This document shows, in pieces, positions 49,685-60,768 of a stretch of 64,000 nt of DNA (positions are counted from its first letter, which is position 1; each line of letters begins with the position of its first letter). Origin of the DNA: a virus. Lineage: Duplodnaviria; Caudoviricetes. The stretch is taken from positions 32,001 to 96,000 of the IMG/VR virus record IMGVR_UViG_3300032038_000022; one strand, given 5' to 3'. The translations under genes were made by a program, and so were the position numbers. The notes beneath the pieces are model-generated. The model worked only from the letters and a program-made list of their open reading frames with translations. It searched no databases and was not told where the DNA came from.

Positions 49685-51502
49685 TTATAGATAATTTATT
49701 TTATTATTTATTCTATAGTATATTAAACCAGCGAACGCATCAATTATTTTAAAATCAGATAAAGTACGGGGGAGTGTATTTCGTCTATAAGAAGACAGAA
49801 AACTCTTTTGTACTAGAATCGGAGAGTCTGTATTATTAAACCGAATTGAATTATCAATCATCTCGGCATTACTATAAGTTCTGTAAGAAATTCCAAAAGA
49901 GTCCATTGAGATATCACTCTTATTTAAAGTTAGAAAATCTTTACAAGTTTTTGTAATATAATATCCAGGTTGATCATAAATTATGTAAGAACCATCAGAC
50001 TCTCTGGCAATTAATGTTTGATTATTAACGAAAATTGGTTGTTTTTCATCAGATCTCATTTTAATAGCCTTTGTCATATTTGTATAAACTAAGGTTTGTT
50101 CATTAGTATCTTTAAAAATAAACCAATCTCCATGTTTTCTAATTGGAATAATGCCTCTTTGTCTTATAGCATCAAAGTCTATATAAGTATTGCTTAAATC
50201 ACTACAATCTTCAATAGCTTTTTTATAGCTCTGCCAAGTAAAATCCTCTAATCTAATAATTTTATTTCGTTTATCCATAGAATCTAAAATAAACTTATTT
50301 AAGTAGGGTTTATTTCCAATACCAATAATAGTTCCTACTGTTTTTTTAGATTCAGGGACAATTCCAAAATTAGGATAGATATCTTCAGATGTTACTCCTA
50401 AAATAGCTTCTTCCCATTCAAGACCATTCCACCTGTAATAATCAATTGAACTATATTCTGAATATTTAAAATCTCTTATCCAACTTTGTGTAGGAATCTC
50501 AAGGATATAACGAAGATCCCCTGATAGAACTGATATGTATTTGCCAGCAAAATATTCTATAGATTGTTCTTTGTCTTTATTAATTATTGGTAGAGTATAA
50601 ATTTTAGTTTTAGATATTCCAACTTTAGGGACCGTATAAGGTAATGGTCTAACCTCTTCCCCAAAATCAATTATCTTAGTAAGGGAGAAAATTGAATAAT
50701 TTCCAAAATCATCCCAAACATAAATTGATGGATCTCCTTCATAGTATCCAATTTGCTCATGATTAAAATTAGTATACTCATCACCAAGTTCAAGATTTTT
50801 TCTAAAATTTAGTTTTGACATCTCTACAGTACCCTGAGCACTTACTTTTGCTATTGTAGTATCTGTAAAGAAGTCATGTGCAGGATCGCCATTTAAAACT
50901 GAACTAAGATAAATATTATAGTTATTATTAGTTCTTAAATTTACAAGATCCTTCTTTTTTGAAAAATTATAATTTTTATCTCCATAATAAATTCTTAATT
51001 CTTCATTAATAACATTATTATAAAGATTTATGTTATCCTTATCTACTCGTATTTCACTTCCATTTGAAGAAATAGTTATAATTACAGTTCCAATTCCAAA
51101 CCACCTATTAAGACTATTATCTTCATTTTCATCAGTCGATATAGTATCAGCCTGAGTTTGTAATAAAATTGTATATCCAATAATCTCTTCGTCTGCCAAG
51201 AAGATTATAGTATTAAAACCTTGACCATTAATAGAATTTATAGTTTCATTATGAAAAATAAATTCTTCATTTTCATTTTTTACTAACGGAGCAAATTCTT
51301 TATGTTGAATAAGAATATCATAAATAGTTTGTAAAGTAGATAGAGTTGCTTCGGTCTGTAAGATAAGTGCTTCCTTTTCCTGAAGACCTAAACTCTCTAC
51401 TATATCGGAATTCCCGAATGTATTTGAGTTATATACGACAAGTCTGTTGCTATTCTCTAGTCCTCGGGTTCCAAGCAGTTCGGTTATCTTAGATGCAACC
51501 AT
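49685..51502 (-). CDS. hypothetical structural protein
   Basis: 605-aa ORF in tightly packed operon. Confidence 0.65.
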   Translation of the reverse strand: MVASKITELLGTRGLENSNRLVVYNSNTFGNSDIVESLGLQEKEALILQTEATLSTLQTIYDILIQHKEFAPLVKNENEEFIFHNETINSINGQGFNTIIFLADEEIIGYTILLQTQADTISTDENEDNSLNRWFGIGTVIITISSNGSEIRVDKDNINLYNNVINEELRIYYGDKNYNFSKKKDLVNLRTNNNYNIYLSSVLNGDPAHDFFTDTTIAKVSAQGTVEMSKLNFRKNLELGDEYTNFNHEQIGYYEGDPSIYVWDDFGNYSIFSLTKIIDFGEEVRPLPYTVPKVGISKTKIYTLPIINKDKEQSIEYFAGKYISVLSGDLRYILEIPTQSWIRDFKYSEYSSIDYYRWNGLEWEEAILGVTSEDIYPNFGIVPESKKTVGTIIGIGNKPYLNKFILDSMDKRNKIIRLEDFTWQSYKKAIEDCSDLSNTYIDFDAIRQRGIIPIRKHGDWFIFKDTNEQTLVYTNMTKAIKMRSDEKQPIFVNNQTLIARESDGSYIIYDQPGYYITKTCKDFLTLNKSDISMDSFGISYRTYSNAEMIDNSIRFNNTDSPILVQKSFLSSYRRNTLPRTLSDFKIIDAFAGLIYYRINNKINYL

Positions 51503-52274
51503 ATGTCAACATGCAATTACTGATTATACATTCATCTATCTTATCAGATTTTGGTATAACTCTTATAATTCCACTAATATATTCAATATCAAAGTAGTCA
51601 TAAGAACTAACAAAATCTGATTCTACTAAGACTGGATTATCTTGAGAAACGCCATTATAGGAAAAAGCCTCAAAGGTCAAATCTTTGCCATAAATAATAC
51701 CATCTATTGTATAGTCAACAGTAAGATCGATCTTTCCAGATAACCCAACTTGAGCTACTTTTTTCTTAACATCTATTAAACTAATTGTATTAGTGTATTC
51801 ATCAGGCTCAATTAAGTTTAGTGAAATAGAGCCGTCTAGAATATCAATAATAATTTTTGAAGTACTATATAAAGTCATACCAGCCTCTTTTTCAATTATA
51901 TTTTTATACTCATCACCTATTGTTATATTCCCTGATATATATTTATTATCAAAATCATCTTCTATTTTTACATCATTTATTAACATGGAATTATCAATAT
52001 TATCATTATAATTATAATATTCATCCTCTCCTAGATTTGATGTAGTATTAGAAAATTCATCTTTTACTAAATAAAGTTTGTTATCAGAGATTAATTTACG
52101 GCTAACTACATGATATTCTCGGTTTTTTAGAATATTATCTAATTCACTAAGATATAATGGTCGGTCGTATGAACTTAGTCCTAAGACCTCAAAATTACCA
52201 TTTATCAAGATGTCATTATTTATATATAAAGATCCTGATTTTGATAATGATGATACTATATCAAATTTGATCAT
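51489..52274 (-). CDS. hypothetical structural protein
   Basis: 261-aa ORF overlapping both neighbours. Confidence 0.65.
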   Translation of the reverse strand: MIKFDIVSSLSKSGSLYINNDILINGNFEVLGLSSYDRPLYLSELDNILKNREYHVVSRKLISDNKLYLVKDEFSNTTSNLGEDEYYNYNDNIDNSMLINDVKIEDDFDNKYISGNITIGDEYKNIIEKEAGMTLYSTSKIIIDILDGSISLNLIEPDEYTNTISLIDVKKKVAQVGLSGKIDLTVDYTIDGIIYGKDLTFEAFSYNGVSQDNPVLVESDFVSSYDYFDIEYISGIIRVIPKSDKIDECIISNCMLTYGCI

Positions 52275-53883
52275 ATTTTATACAATTTATACTATATATA
52301 CTTTCTAGTCCTGTTGTTACTACTTCATCATATCCATCCATTCTAGAAATTCCAATATCCTGATTTCCATTTTCATCAACTACTACAGGAACTATGTGAA
52401 TAGTAGTATCATCTTTATAAACTTTTATCCGACTAACTTTCTTGAGGGATTCATTTATTACATTAGTATAAATTTTCTCTTTAATAGATATATCTTGAAC
52501 AGGAATAACAAATCTGTCCTGTTCAGTTGAGAAAAAGTGAATAATTCTATCTCCATGCTCATCCCAGGCTTCATGCTGTTCATCATAACATTCGACTAAG
52601 ACATTAACCGTAATATCAAGATAATCATCATTTGTAATTTCCACCGTTCCACTATCATCTAAAAGAGTAGCCTCTGTAGGAAGTGTTGCTGAAGAATATT
52701 TTCCACTTTCCTCGTCAGTAGAAGTAAACTTAACACCGGCAGAATAATAATTATCAAGATTTTCAGTAGTATATCCTAAAGTATAGTCTTTATAAGTTTG
52801 TTGATAGTATATGACTGAAATCTCTTCGGTGCCTTTTTCTCTCCTAATTACTATATTTCCTGAAGAATCGGTATTTAAAGAGAATATTGAATTTCCATCT
52901 GTACCATATTTTAATGTCATATGATCAAATATTCTTCTAATATCTGCAGTGAGAGAATATGATCTTACGATGCCATCCGTTATTGATTCAGTACAAATCG
53001 TTATTATATAAGGATGACTACTACCTCCCATAGGAATATCAGTATTAAGCCTAAGTTTCCACTCAGCACTACCCTCTGTATGAATTCCAATAGTTGCTTT
53101 TTTAAACCTAAAATTATTCTTAATTTGATTTTTTTCATTATTGGTTTGAATTATCAAATTAGTATAATAATTTTTTATAGTATTAATTTTAGAGACATAG
53201 GAACTGTTACAAGTCACACTTTCCCATTTAGTAGGAGACGAATAAGAATCAGAGGATGACGCATATCTATACATAATATCATGCTCTTCATTATTGATTA
53301 ACTCTTGGACACGTATATATATATCATCCTGTAAAGCTGTCTTCGCTGATTTCAAATAGGTATATTGTCTGAGAATTACCCAAGAATTAGTAGATTGATA
53401 AATATCTCCATATAAACTTTTAATTGCAGATTTGTCAACACGGAAAATAGTATTATTCAAGTCCTCAGAGATTAAAACTTGGTCTAGTGGCTCCGAATAA
53501 GCTCCTATATTTGTTGTATTTCCAAAATAATCACTAATATAAATTTCAAATTGATTAGATCCATTGGAAATAATAGTATTACTTATAATGCCCTTTTCAT
53601 CAAATCCAGACATATAGCGATTTAGAATTTTTCCTAAATATTTTGCATTAATAAACTTATCATCACCAGTACCTTTTGCATATTTTTCAAAATCCCCAGC
53701 AGTGGCAATGTTATCACTTAGATATGCCTTAAAATAAGTTGGAGATTCTGAAGGGAGATTTCCAATAGAATCAGCTTGACAGATATAAATTTTATCATCT
53801 TCAACTACGAAATCTCCTTTCTCAAAGTTTATATCTTCTGCATATATGAAGATACCTTGTATACTTTTATTATTAATTTCCAT
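52261..53883 (-). CDS. structural protein with CBM5/12-like N-terminal motif
   Basis: FEKGDFVVEDDKIYICQ...GNLP...YF. Confidence 0.6.
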   Translation of the reverse strand: MEINNKSIQGIFIYAEDINFEKGDFVVEDDKIYICQADSIGNLPSESPTYFKAYLSDNIATAGDFEKYAKGTGDDKFINAKYLGKILNRYMSGFDEKGIISNTIISNGSNQFEIYISDYFGNTTNIGAYSEPLDQVLISEDLNNTIFRVDKSAIKSLYGDIYQSTNSWVILRQYTYLKSAKTALQDDIYIRVQELINNEEHDIMYRYASSSDSYSSPTKWESVTCNSSYVSKINTIKNYYTNLIIQTNNEKNQIKNNFRFKKATIGIHTEGSAEWKLRLNTDIPMGGSSHPYIITICTESITDGIVRSYSLTADIRRIFDHMTLKYGTDGNSIFSLNTDSSGNIVIRREKGTEEISVIYYQQTYKDYTLGYTTENLDNYYSAGVKFTSTDEESGKYSSATLPTEATLLDDSGTVEITNDDYLDITVNVLVECYDEQHEAWDEHGDRIIHFFSTEQDRFVIPVQDISIKEKIYTNVINESLKKVSRIKVYKDDTTIHIVPVVVDENGNQDIGISRMDGYDEVVTTGLESIYSINCIKYDQI

Positions 53884-55648
53884 ATACCTCTAATGTTAAA
53901 TTTTGATTAATTTTTGATATATCTAATATATATCGTTTATTTTCAGGTCTGTAAGATATACAAAGAGAAGTACCAGGAACACCATCGAGACCATCATTTA
54001 ATCTTACTGTATTTTGTTGATCTTCTTCTCCAAGGATTAATTTCTTTTCCTGATCACCATTAATAACTATATTTATACCTCTTTTATTCTCATTGATAGG
54101 AATAAATGTTATATTAGTACTACCCCCTGGAATAACCTCTCTCTCTGTATAATCCACATAGAATCCAGAATATTCAATTAGGGATATATAATACAGTGAA
54201 TTAGATAAAGTATAATTAAATGTAACTGAACATGGTCTATCAAGAGTAAATGGAAATATCATATCACTATTTTCTCCAGGCTTTAAAACTGAAATATCAT
54301 ATTCTACAGTTTCCATTATGTTCCCTTCTAAGACATACTCAACTATCAGACTAGTTATTGAATCGTGTCCGTAGAGTGGAAGTTTAATATTACTCTCTTC
54401 AGTCATATTTAATGAAACAGACTCTATAATTTCCCAATCATTGCCTGTATATTTTTTAATTGTCCCAATACCTGATCCTACTACACATTCAAGAGGGATT
54501 GTATTTTGTCGTCCCTGTTTAGTAATTTTCAGATCAAATGCCTTTTTTTCAGTATAAGCATAATAATTATCTTTTTCTGAGGCACTTAGTAGAATATATC
54601 CATTAATTGGTAAACAAGAGACTGTTTTTACTCCGCTTTTTGGAAATGTAAAGATATTAGGAGTAATCTGACAGCCATTGACATTTCTTCGGCCTGGCTG
54701 CCAACCCGGTCTAGGTGGTGGAACACGTATGTACGTAGTTATCATACATCTCGTTGTTCCAATTGGAATTTCATCTTCTATTTCCCAAGCATTAGATAGA
54801 AGTGGGTAATTTCCTCTATTATTATCAATTAAAGAGAGCCAAGTTTTGTCCCTCCAAGATACTTTATCTCCTGCTTTATAAGTTATTCTTTTACTCCATA
54901 TACCACTATCTTTAGAGGCATAATCTAATCTATTATCAATAATAGGGTGATTTTCTATTGTATTATTACCAACAATAGTATTAGAACTCAGATCCATCCA
55001 TATATTATTGTCAACTTTCTCAACTACCTCTATACCAGCATCAACTACTGCTTTCTTATCATTTCTTAAAAGATAGTCATTCATATTTCTATGAGGATTA
55101 ATGTTCGTCAGCCAAGAAAAATAAGAAATATTTATATCTTCAACTACGGTTTCATCACCATAAGTAATAATAAACCAAACCAATTTGGAGTATTTAATCT
55201 CATCCTCTTCAAATTTAGTGGTAAAGATTAAATGATCATCTTCATAGAATTCTGCAGAACTGAACTTCTTCGGAACATTAACCATAAGAAGTTTTTGCTT
55301 ATTTACAGAAATAGTACCAAAATATCCGAGCAATGAAGGATCTTCTTCAGTAGAACTTAATGTCGGAAAGAATGTTTTTGATACTTTTTTAATATCATCT
55401 AAGTCTTTTCCTATCTCCTCTTTTCTTTCATCAACCAAGAAATCAAGGGGAGACCTTGAGTTATACTTTAATTTACGAACGAGGAAGTCCCAGCCATATT
55501 CATTAAAGTCATCAAGTTCTAAGAGGCTTGTATCGCTTCCATAATATTTAATTAATTCTCTATCCTCACCTTTTATAACAATCTTATTTATCGTTTTAAA
55601 CTGAGGATTAGGATTCATTTTTTTCTCATCTTCGTAAATTACTTTCAT
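53873..55648 (-). CDS. baseplate-associated protein with CBM5/12-like motif
   Basis: WSKRITYKAGDKVSWRDKTWLSLIDNNRGNYP....W. Confidence 0.6.
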   Translation of the reverse strand: MKVIYEDEKKMNPNPQFKTINKIVIKGEDRELIKYYGSDTSLLELDDFNEYGWDFLVRKLKYNSRSPLDFLVDERKEEIGKDLDDIKKVSKTFFPTLSSTEEDPSLLGYFGTISVNKQKLLMVNVPKKFSSAEFYEDDHLIFTTKFEEDEIKYSKLVWFIITYGDETVVEDINISYFSWLTNINPHRNMNDYLLRNDKKAVVDAGIEVVEKVDNNIWMDLSSNTIVGNNTIENHPIIDNRLDYASKDSGIWSKRITYKAGDKVSWRDKTWLSLIDNNRGNYPLLSNAWEIEDEIPIGTTRCMITTYIRVPPPRPGWQPGRRNVNGCQITPNIFTFPKSGVKTVSCLPINGYILLSASEKDNYYAYTEKKAFDLKITKQGRQNTIPLECVVGSGIGTIKKYTGNDWEIIESVSLNMTEESNIKLPLYGHDSITSLIVEYVLEGNIMETVEYDISVLKPGENSDMIFPFTLDRPCSVTFNYTLSNSLYYISLIEYSGFYVDYTEREVIPGGSTNITFIPINENKRGINIVINGDQEKKLILGEEDQQNTVRLNDGLDGVPGTSLCISYRPENKRYILDISKINQNLTLEVYGN

Positions 55649-56178
55649 TGTCCCTCTTCTTTTGCTTCATAATATTGAAATAAAAACGAACCTGAGTTAA
55701 TGCTGGTTACTGCATTTCCATCAACCTCTGCTCTTATTTCACCGATGTCCAGTATAATAGATTTAAAGTATAAGAGTGCGCAGATAAATCCTTCAAAATA
55801 TTCACAGAATAGTGTCTTATCTACACTTATACTTTCAACTGTCATACTTAATGTTCTTACTGTATATGTTATTTGTGTAGTAGTATCTATATTTTCCCAG
55901 TCCTTCAAGATCCCAAAAGCTGTAATATAATCAAGAACCTTGTAAGTTCCTTTTACACTATAAAAAAGAGTTGCTAGATAATTTATCTTTTCAATCTTTT
56001 TATCTTCTTCTCCAACATAAATTAGATTTAAAAATCTACGAACAGGATCAGTCTTCATTATATATTGATAATCACTAAAGGAGTCTGTCTCTGCTGTATA
56101 TTCATAATTTCTAATCATGTTGTATAACATATCAATAAGCTTTATCTTTCTTAAGTGCTTTGGTATATAAATTTTCAT
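55645..56178 (-). CDS. putative baseplate wedge subunit (gpI/gp7-like)
   Basis: LFYSVKGTYKVL resembles the Y..KGT motif; follows the gp6-like gene. Confidence 0.5.
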   Translation of the reverse strand: MKIYIPKHLRKIKLIDMLYNMIRNYEYTAETDSFSDYQYIMKTDPVRRFLNLIYVGEEDKKIEKINYLATLFYSVKGTYKVLDYITAFGILKDWENIDTTTQITYTVRTLSMTVESISVDKTLFCEYFEGFICALLYFKSIILDIGEIRAEVDGNAVTSINSGSFLFQYYEAKEEGQ

Positions 56179-57782
56179 TACACATTATTGTTTGTTAAAG
56201 TAACTGTTGCAGAAATACTATACTTGATATTAAAATAAGAATTATCTATGATATCATCTGCATTTACCGCTACATTATTTGGACTAAGATAGGAAATTGA
56301 TAATGAATTGATCTTTTTAACGTTTGAAATTTTATTAATAAGTGATCTAATTTCATTAATTGTAGATTCATTAAATTCTATATCAAATTTTCTTTGATAC
56401 CCATCCTGAAGAATCTCTTTACCAATCAAAGTTTCCCAATCTTCACTACTATTATTAAATAATTCTAAACTTATATCAAAAATTGCTGTATATTGATTTC
56501 CTTTTTTTATATCAATAGTATCTGTAACATAATAAGCTAGTTTTTCCTTCTTAAATTTCTCCTCTGCTTCTTTACTTAGAAGTTTGGATTCATTAATTGG
56601 AATGTAATAAATAACTACACTACTAGTTGTTACATTACCAGTTCTAAAAACATAGGTTGTACCTCCACTTTTGATAATATCGGGATAAGCCTCCTCTAAC
56701 ACAACACCAATGTCTGAATTTGATCTAAGGATAGAATTAACGTATCTATCTCGATTAGCTTTATAGTGAATAGTACCTAATCCATCACGAGGTACAGCAT
56801 TAATAAAACAAAGCCCTTTAGATAATTGTTCTAAACCTTGTGATGTTAGCCACTCTTCATCAAAGTCAATAAGCTCTGCTCCTTGAACTTTAAGACGGCT
56901 AAGTTCAACTTCATTGTATTCATCTAGTTCTGAGTATTTGAAATACTTTGCTTGAATATTAGCGTTAGTCGTCATTCCTATAATTTCCTCTGAATTTCTT
57001 CCAGATATATCTTTATAGAAATCCGCAAAATAAAGTCTAGAACCAAAATTAGGAAGAGTAAGATCAAATATAGAATGGTCTAGTATGTGCTCAGCAAAGA
57101 TTCTAGTCCTATTCTTCTTTTCTCCTTCAACAGTAACATACATATCATCACTAAGATTATCTTCATAACAATCTTTGAAATATGTATTATAGGTATTTAC
57201 AGGTTCCCATTGCGTCTCTACAGCCTCTTTTGCTAGAAATCCTATAATAGTATAACATTCATCATCTTGTGTTGCTGGATAAAATGTTTTAGAACCATAG
57301 ATAAATTTTCCATCAATACTATTATAATCAATAGTAGCTGTTGTTGGAATATTGACATCTACAGTAGTCGTTGTCTGCGTTGAAGCTGAATTCATAACAA
57401 CTTTAGAAGAGGATTCATTTAAATTAGAAAGCGACTCTTCATTAGACCAATATCCTAGATAATAAACCCTAAAATTTTGACTTGTTATAAGCTCTTGATA
57501 AGGAACCAAAGTTAAGTATTTAGTTGGCTTAATCTTCAATACTACTCTTGGACATGACCCCCTAAATACACTATACATATCATCTACACAATGCTGTATT
57601 TTAGAATTCATTAGAGAACATTTTTCTAGAGATGCTTCCTTCATATAAGCTACATTCTCGACTTCACCTATGTAAGATGCATTAGCTAAGAGTTGTACTA
57701 AAACTTCTACTCCCTGGCCTGTATAACCTAAGTTTTTACCAACTTCTCTAAATTTTTCTATATAATCTTGTAAACTTTTCAT
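56178..57782 (-). CDS. putative baseplate wedge subunit (T4 gp6/gpJ-like)
   Basis: G.G.EVLVQLLA...E..L....L..S N-terminal pattern; directly after the gp25-like gene. Confidence 0.6.
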   Translation of the reverse strand: MKSLQDYIEKFREVGKNLGYTGQGVEVLVQLLANASYIGEVENVAYMKEASLEKCSLMNSKIQHCVDDMYSVFRGSCPRVVLKIKPTKYLTLVPYQELITSQNFRVYYLGYWSNEESLSNLNESSSKVVMNSASTQTTTTVDVNIPTTATIDYNSIDGKFIYGSKTFYPATQDDECYTIIGFLAKEAVETQWEPVNTYNTYFKDCYEDNLSDDMYVTVEGEKKNRTRIFAEHILDHSIFDLTLPNFGSRLYFADFYKDISGRNSEEIIGMTTNANIQAKYFKYSELDEYNEVELSRLKVQGAELIDFDEEWLTSQGLEQLSKGLCFINAVPRDGLGTIHYKANRDRYVNSILRSNSDIGVVLEEAYPDIIKSGGTTYVFRTGNVTTSSVVIYYIPINESKLLSKEAEEKFKKEKLAYYVTDTIDIKKGNQYTAIFDISLELFNNSSEDWETLIGKEILQDGYQRKFDIEFNESTINEIRSLINKISNVKKINSLSISYLSPNNVAVNADDIIDNSYFNIKYSISATVTLTNNNV

Positions 57783-57786
57783 ATCA

Positions 57787-58116
57787 TTAACCAATATTAA
57801 TTTCTATATTGTCACTCTCTTGGTTTACACTTACACTAACTCTAATGCGCGTTTCATCAAGAATTTCAATTTTTTCCAAATTTATACTAACACCAGACTT
57901 GAATTGATTGCTAATTTTACTAACTAAAGAACTTACTCGACTGTTAACTACAGATTCAAGCTCATCTTTTTTGGTGTCAGTAAGAATAAAGTCAAACCCT
58001 ATTCCTTTATTCCCCGGTATATCACCTGGGAAAATCAAGAGATTTAGTTTAAATAAATCTAAAATATATCTCTCAATTTTTTCAGTAGTTTTTCCAGTAC
58101 TAAGTAGGTATTTCAT
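57787..58116 (-). CDS. putative gp25-like baseplate protein
   Basis: 109 aa with L...PGDIPG..GIG pattern; synteny with spike and wedge genes. Confidence 0.5.
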   Translation of the reverse strand: MKYLLSTGKTTEKIERYILDLFKLNLLIFPGDIPGNKGIGFDFILTDTKKDELESVVNSRVSSLVSKISNQFKSGVSINLEKIEILDETRIRVSVSVNQESDNIEINIG

Positions 58117-58118
58117 AA

Positions 58119-58625
58119 TTATAATATACTTGTAAATGATGCTACACCAATAAATGATTCATGAGATCCAGATGCTGTCGGAGTCGCTTTTTTAAGTCCA
58201 TCAATTATCTCCTGACATACATGAGTCATTGCTGATTGCTGATTATCTGCCATACTTGGTGTAAATGTTATTGTAGGTATTACAAAAGCTGGAGATAATG
58301 CAAAGCCTGTTGGCCACTGAATTACCCATAAAGACGCATTGGCATTAAGAGTTGATGCAAAGGTAGATAATGCTGAAGCACAATCAGTAGCTCCACTCGG
58401 GGATAATGATCCAGAAGTTTTTATTTTCGCCTGAATCACTATCATAGGGTCTGGAACATTATCTGGTGGAGGGGTTGTGGCTTCCCAAGCATAAAAAACT
58501 TGGGCATTAGCTTCTATATAATCACATAAACTTTTATAAAATTTATTATTCGCATCTACAGCATCTGAAACCTGATTAATACTACCTATGATGGAACTTG
58601 CCATCGCACTTGCTACCATTGCCAT
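58119..58625 (-). CDS. hypothetical baseplate-region protein
   Basis: A/S/T-rich 168-aa ORF after the spike gene. Confidence 0.6.
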   Translation of the reverse strand: MAMVASAMASSIIGSINQVSDAVDANNKFYKSLCDYIEANAQVFYAWEATTPPPDNVPDPMIVIQAKIKTSGSLSPSGATDCASALSTFASTLNANASLWVIQWPTGFALSPAFVIPTITFTPSMADNQQSAMTHVCQEIIDGLKKATPTASGSHESFIGVASFTSIL

Positions 58626-58646
58626 AATTATTTAATTATTTAGTAA

Positions 58647-59336
58647 TTAAGTCCCGGATACGATCGAGGCTGAATGTGGCGCACCCGAAAAAATGCAATT
58701 TTTAAGTCCACAATAAGGACCTTGCATATCTGGTGCTGCAGTTCCTTTTGTTTTTAGCATTCCACCAGTGATTTCTACTTGTGCACCATCGACTTTTATA
58801 TTTGGGGATTTAACCTCCGTATTTCCGGAAACTTCTATATTAGCATTTCCACTTACTTTAATTTCAGCATTTCCACCAATTTCCACTTTCAAGTTTCCAT
58901 CAATTTTTACTTCATCATCAGCAGTAATATGGACTTTACCTGCACCTTCCATTTCAATCTCTAAGTTTCCACTAGAATCTACTTTAATCCAAGAAGTAGG
59001 TTCTGGGGTAGTATCCTCTTTATTTTTATCACAATATTCAGCATCTGGATCATGTATTCCTAGACGCATAAAATCAGCTGAAAATTTAATTTGTTTCCCT
59101 CTTGTTCTAATTCCTACAAAGGAATTGTCTTTAATTCTTTCGTAGAGGTAATAAGACTTATAATCAGGGTCAACCTCCTTAAGAAATACTATATCGCCTA
59201 CTCGAGGCTCATCAATTTCACTACGTTTAGGAAATGCTGGTAATCTCTTATTATAGCCTGGAATATCAACCAAAACTGCATATTCATCTCGGTCTAAAAT
59301 CTCTACAATTTTTCCAAAAAATTCACTATTTTCCAT
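58647..59336 (-). CDS. baseplate spike (gpV/gp5-like)
   Basis: OB-fold-like N-terminus (P.VGD.V), V.G(N/D) beta-helix repeats, C-terminal C...C..SGAPH metal-binding tip. Confidence 0.75.
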   Translation of the reverse strand: MENSEFFGKIVEILDRDEYAVLVDIPGYNKRLPAFPKRSEIDEPRVGDIVFLKEVDPDYKSYYLYERIKDNSFVGIRTRGKQIKFSADFMRLGIHDPDAEYCDKNKEDTTPEPTSWIKVDSSGNLEIEMEGAGKVHITADDEVKIDGNLKVEIGGNAEIKVSGNANIEVSGNTEVKSPNIKVDGAQVEITGGMLKTKGTAAPDMQGPYCGLKNCIFSGAPHSASIVSGT

Positions 59337-59346
59337 ATTATAAATT

Positions 59347-60462
59347 TTATTGATCTGTTGGATCTAATTCCGTTCCCAAAGCTAATGATCCATTTTCCTC
59401 TAGTCCCATTAAGTTCGATGTCCACGAAAATCTAAATCCGTTATCATCAAACTCGTTACACTCTTCAGTGGACATAAATAATTCGTTACTCCTTACCAAA
59501 AAAAGTTTATATGGCCAAGTTGTTATATTGGGATGTTGAACTATACCTTCCTTTTTATAAACAATTACATCTCCAATTTTATATCTCGGCATTTCAAAAA
59601 TCCTAATCCTAAAGTTATTAAAGAAATTTGATCTCATATAAAGAAGATTGTATTTTCTATTTTCTTGAAGTGGAAGATAATCCGTGTGTACTACTTTTAT
59701 ACCATCATACCTTTTTTGAAATCTAAGATTCTTAGGTTCCCATTCAGAATAATCCTCACCCTCCTTTTCAGCATTTTCCCAAGGATTATAAGGAAGATGA
59801 TATATCTCGGGGTCATACTTTCTGAAATTAGGATCAATCTGTTCAAGGTTAGCATCTTCTCTAAGCCATATTTTTGGAGGGTCTTTTTCATTTTCACCTT
59901 TATGATTAAGCTTGCCATAAGTCTCTTTTATCATAAACCCTTCCCAACCAAAGGCAAATACGGATTCACGCTTGTAAGAGTAACAAAGACGCTCTATAAA
60001 ATCATGATCAGTTTCGTTATTCTGATAATACTTAAGTTCAGGATTTTGAATATCTGTTTCAACTCTGAATTCTTTCTTTCCAGGATACAAAGCATTAATG
60101 GTCTCCTTTATCTTTGTATATTCCATCTGATGAAGATCTGTTACAAACTTCTTATCCTCTACACAAATAAAATATAAAGTAACATAATTATTTTCAAAAT
60201 TTCTATTAATGATGAATATAGGAATTTCATAAATTAATCCTTCAGGCTTCTCATCTTTAAGAATAATTTTTCCTTTATGTTCAGTTTCAATCAAATTTCT
60301 AGCTGTTGGACTTCCATCATTTATCATCTGTATCTCTCCATATGCAACCCGTCCACCAAGTTCTTCATACATATGAACATACAGTAATTTATGATGACCA
60401 TTTTCTTTATCAAACCAAGGCAAGAAATCAATAGATACTTTATATGAGTTCGTATATTTCAT
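59347..60462 (-). CDS. putative baseplate hub (gp27/gpD-like)
   Basis: YYQNNETDHDFI.RL motif; upstream of the spike gene. Confidence 0.6.
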   Translation of the reverse strand: MKYTNSYKVSIDFLPWFDKENGHHKLLYVHMYEELGGRVAYGEIQMINDGSPTARNLIETEHKGKIILKDEKPEGLIYEIPIFIINRNFENNYVTLYFICVEDKKFVTDLHQMEYTKIKETINALYPGKKEFRVETDIQNPELKYYQNNETDHDFIERLCYSYKRESVFAFGWEGFMIKETYGKLNHKGENEKDPPKIWLREDANLEQIDPNFRKYDPEIYHLPYNPWENAEKEGEDYSEWEPKNLRFQKRYDGIKVVHTDYLPLQENRKYNLLYMRSNFFNNFRIRIFEMPRYKIGDVIVYKKEGIVQHPNITTWPYKLFLVRSNELFMSTEECNEFDDNGFRFSWTSNLMGLEENGSLALGTELDPTDQ

Positions 60463-60764
60463 AACTTCTCTAATACTTTATTAATTTCTTCTTTTGGTAA
60501 AAGGGAAAGTACTGTTCCCTTTGTGTAATTCTCAAAAGAGGTACCACACAATAAAAACAGTACTCCCAAATATTTAACATCGCCATATACTTCTTCAGCA
60601 ATAAGATCTGGTCGAAATTCAAAGGTTGTAATTGTATATGTAGTCCAATTTAATTTTGGATCATTAATTAACTCTATAATCTCTGCATTATATACATCAA
60701 ATCCCTCTATATAATTCGACAAATCTTGTTTACCTGAGGTCGTAATATTCTTTTTCTTATACAT
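60459..60764 (-). CDS. gp53/LysM-like baseplate protein
   Basis: RPDLIAEEVYGD...G..L..LP. Confidence 0.7.
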   Translation of the reverse strand: MYKKKNITTSGKQDLSNYIEGFDVYNAEIIELINDPKLNWTTYTITTFEFRPDLIAEEVYGDVKYLGVLFLLCGTSFENYTKGTVLSLLPKEEINKVLEKL

Positions 60765-60768
60765 ACTT

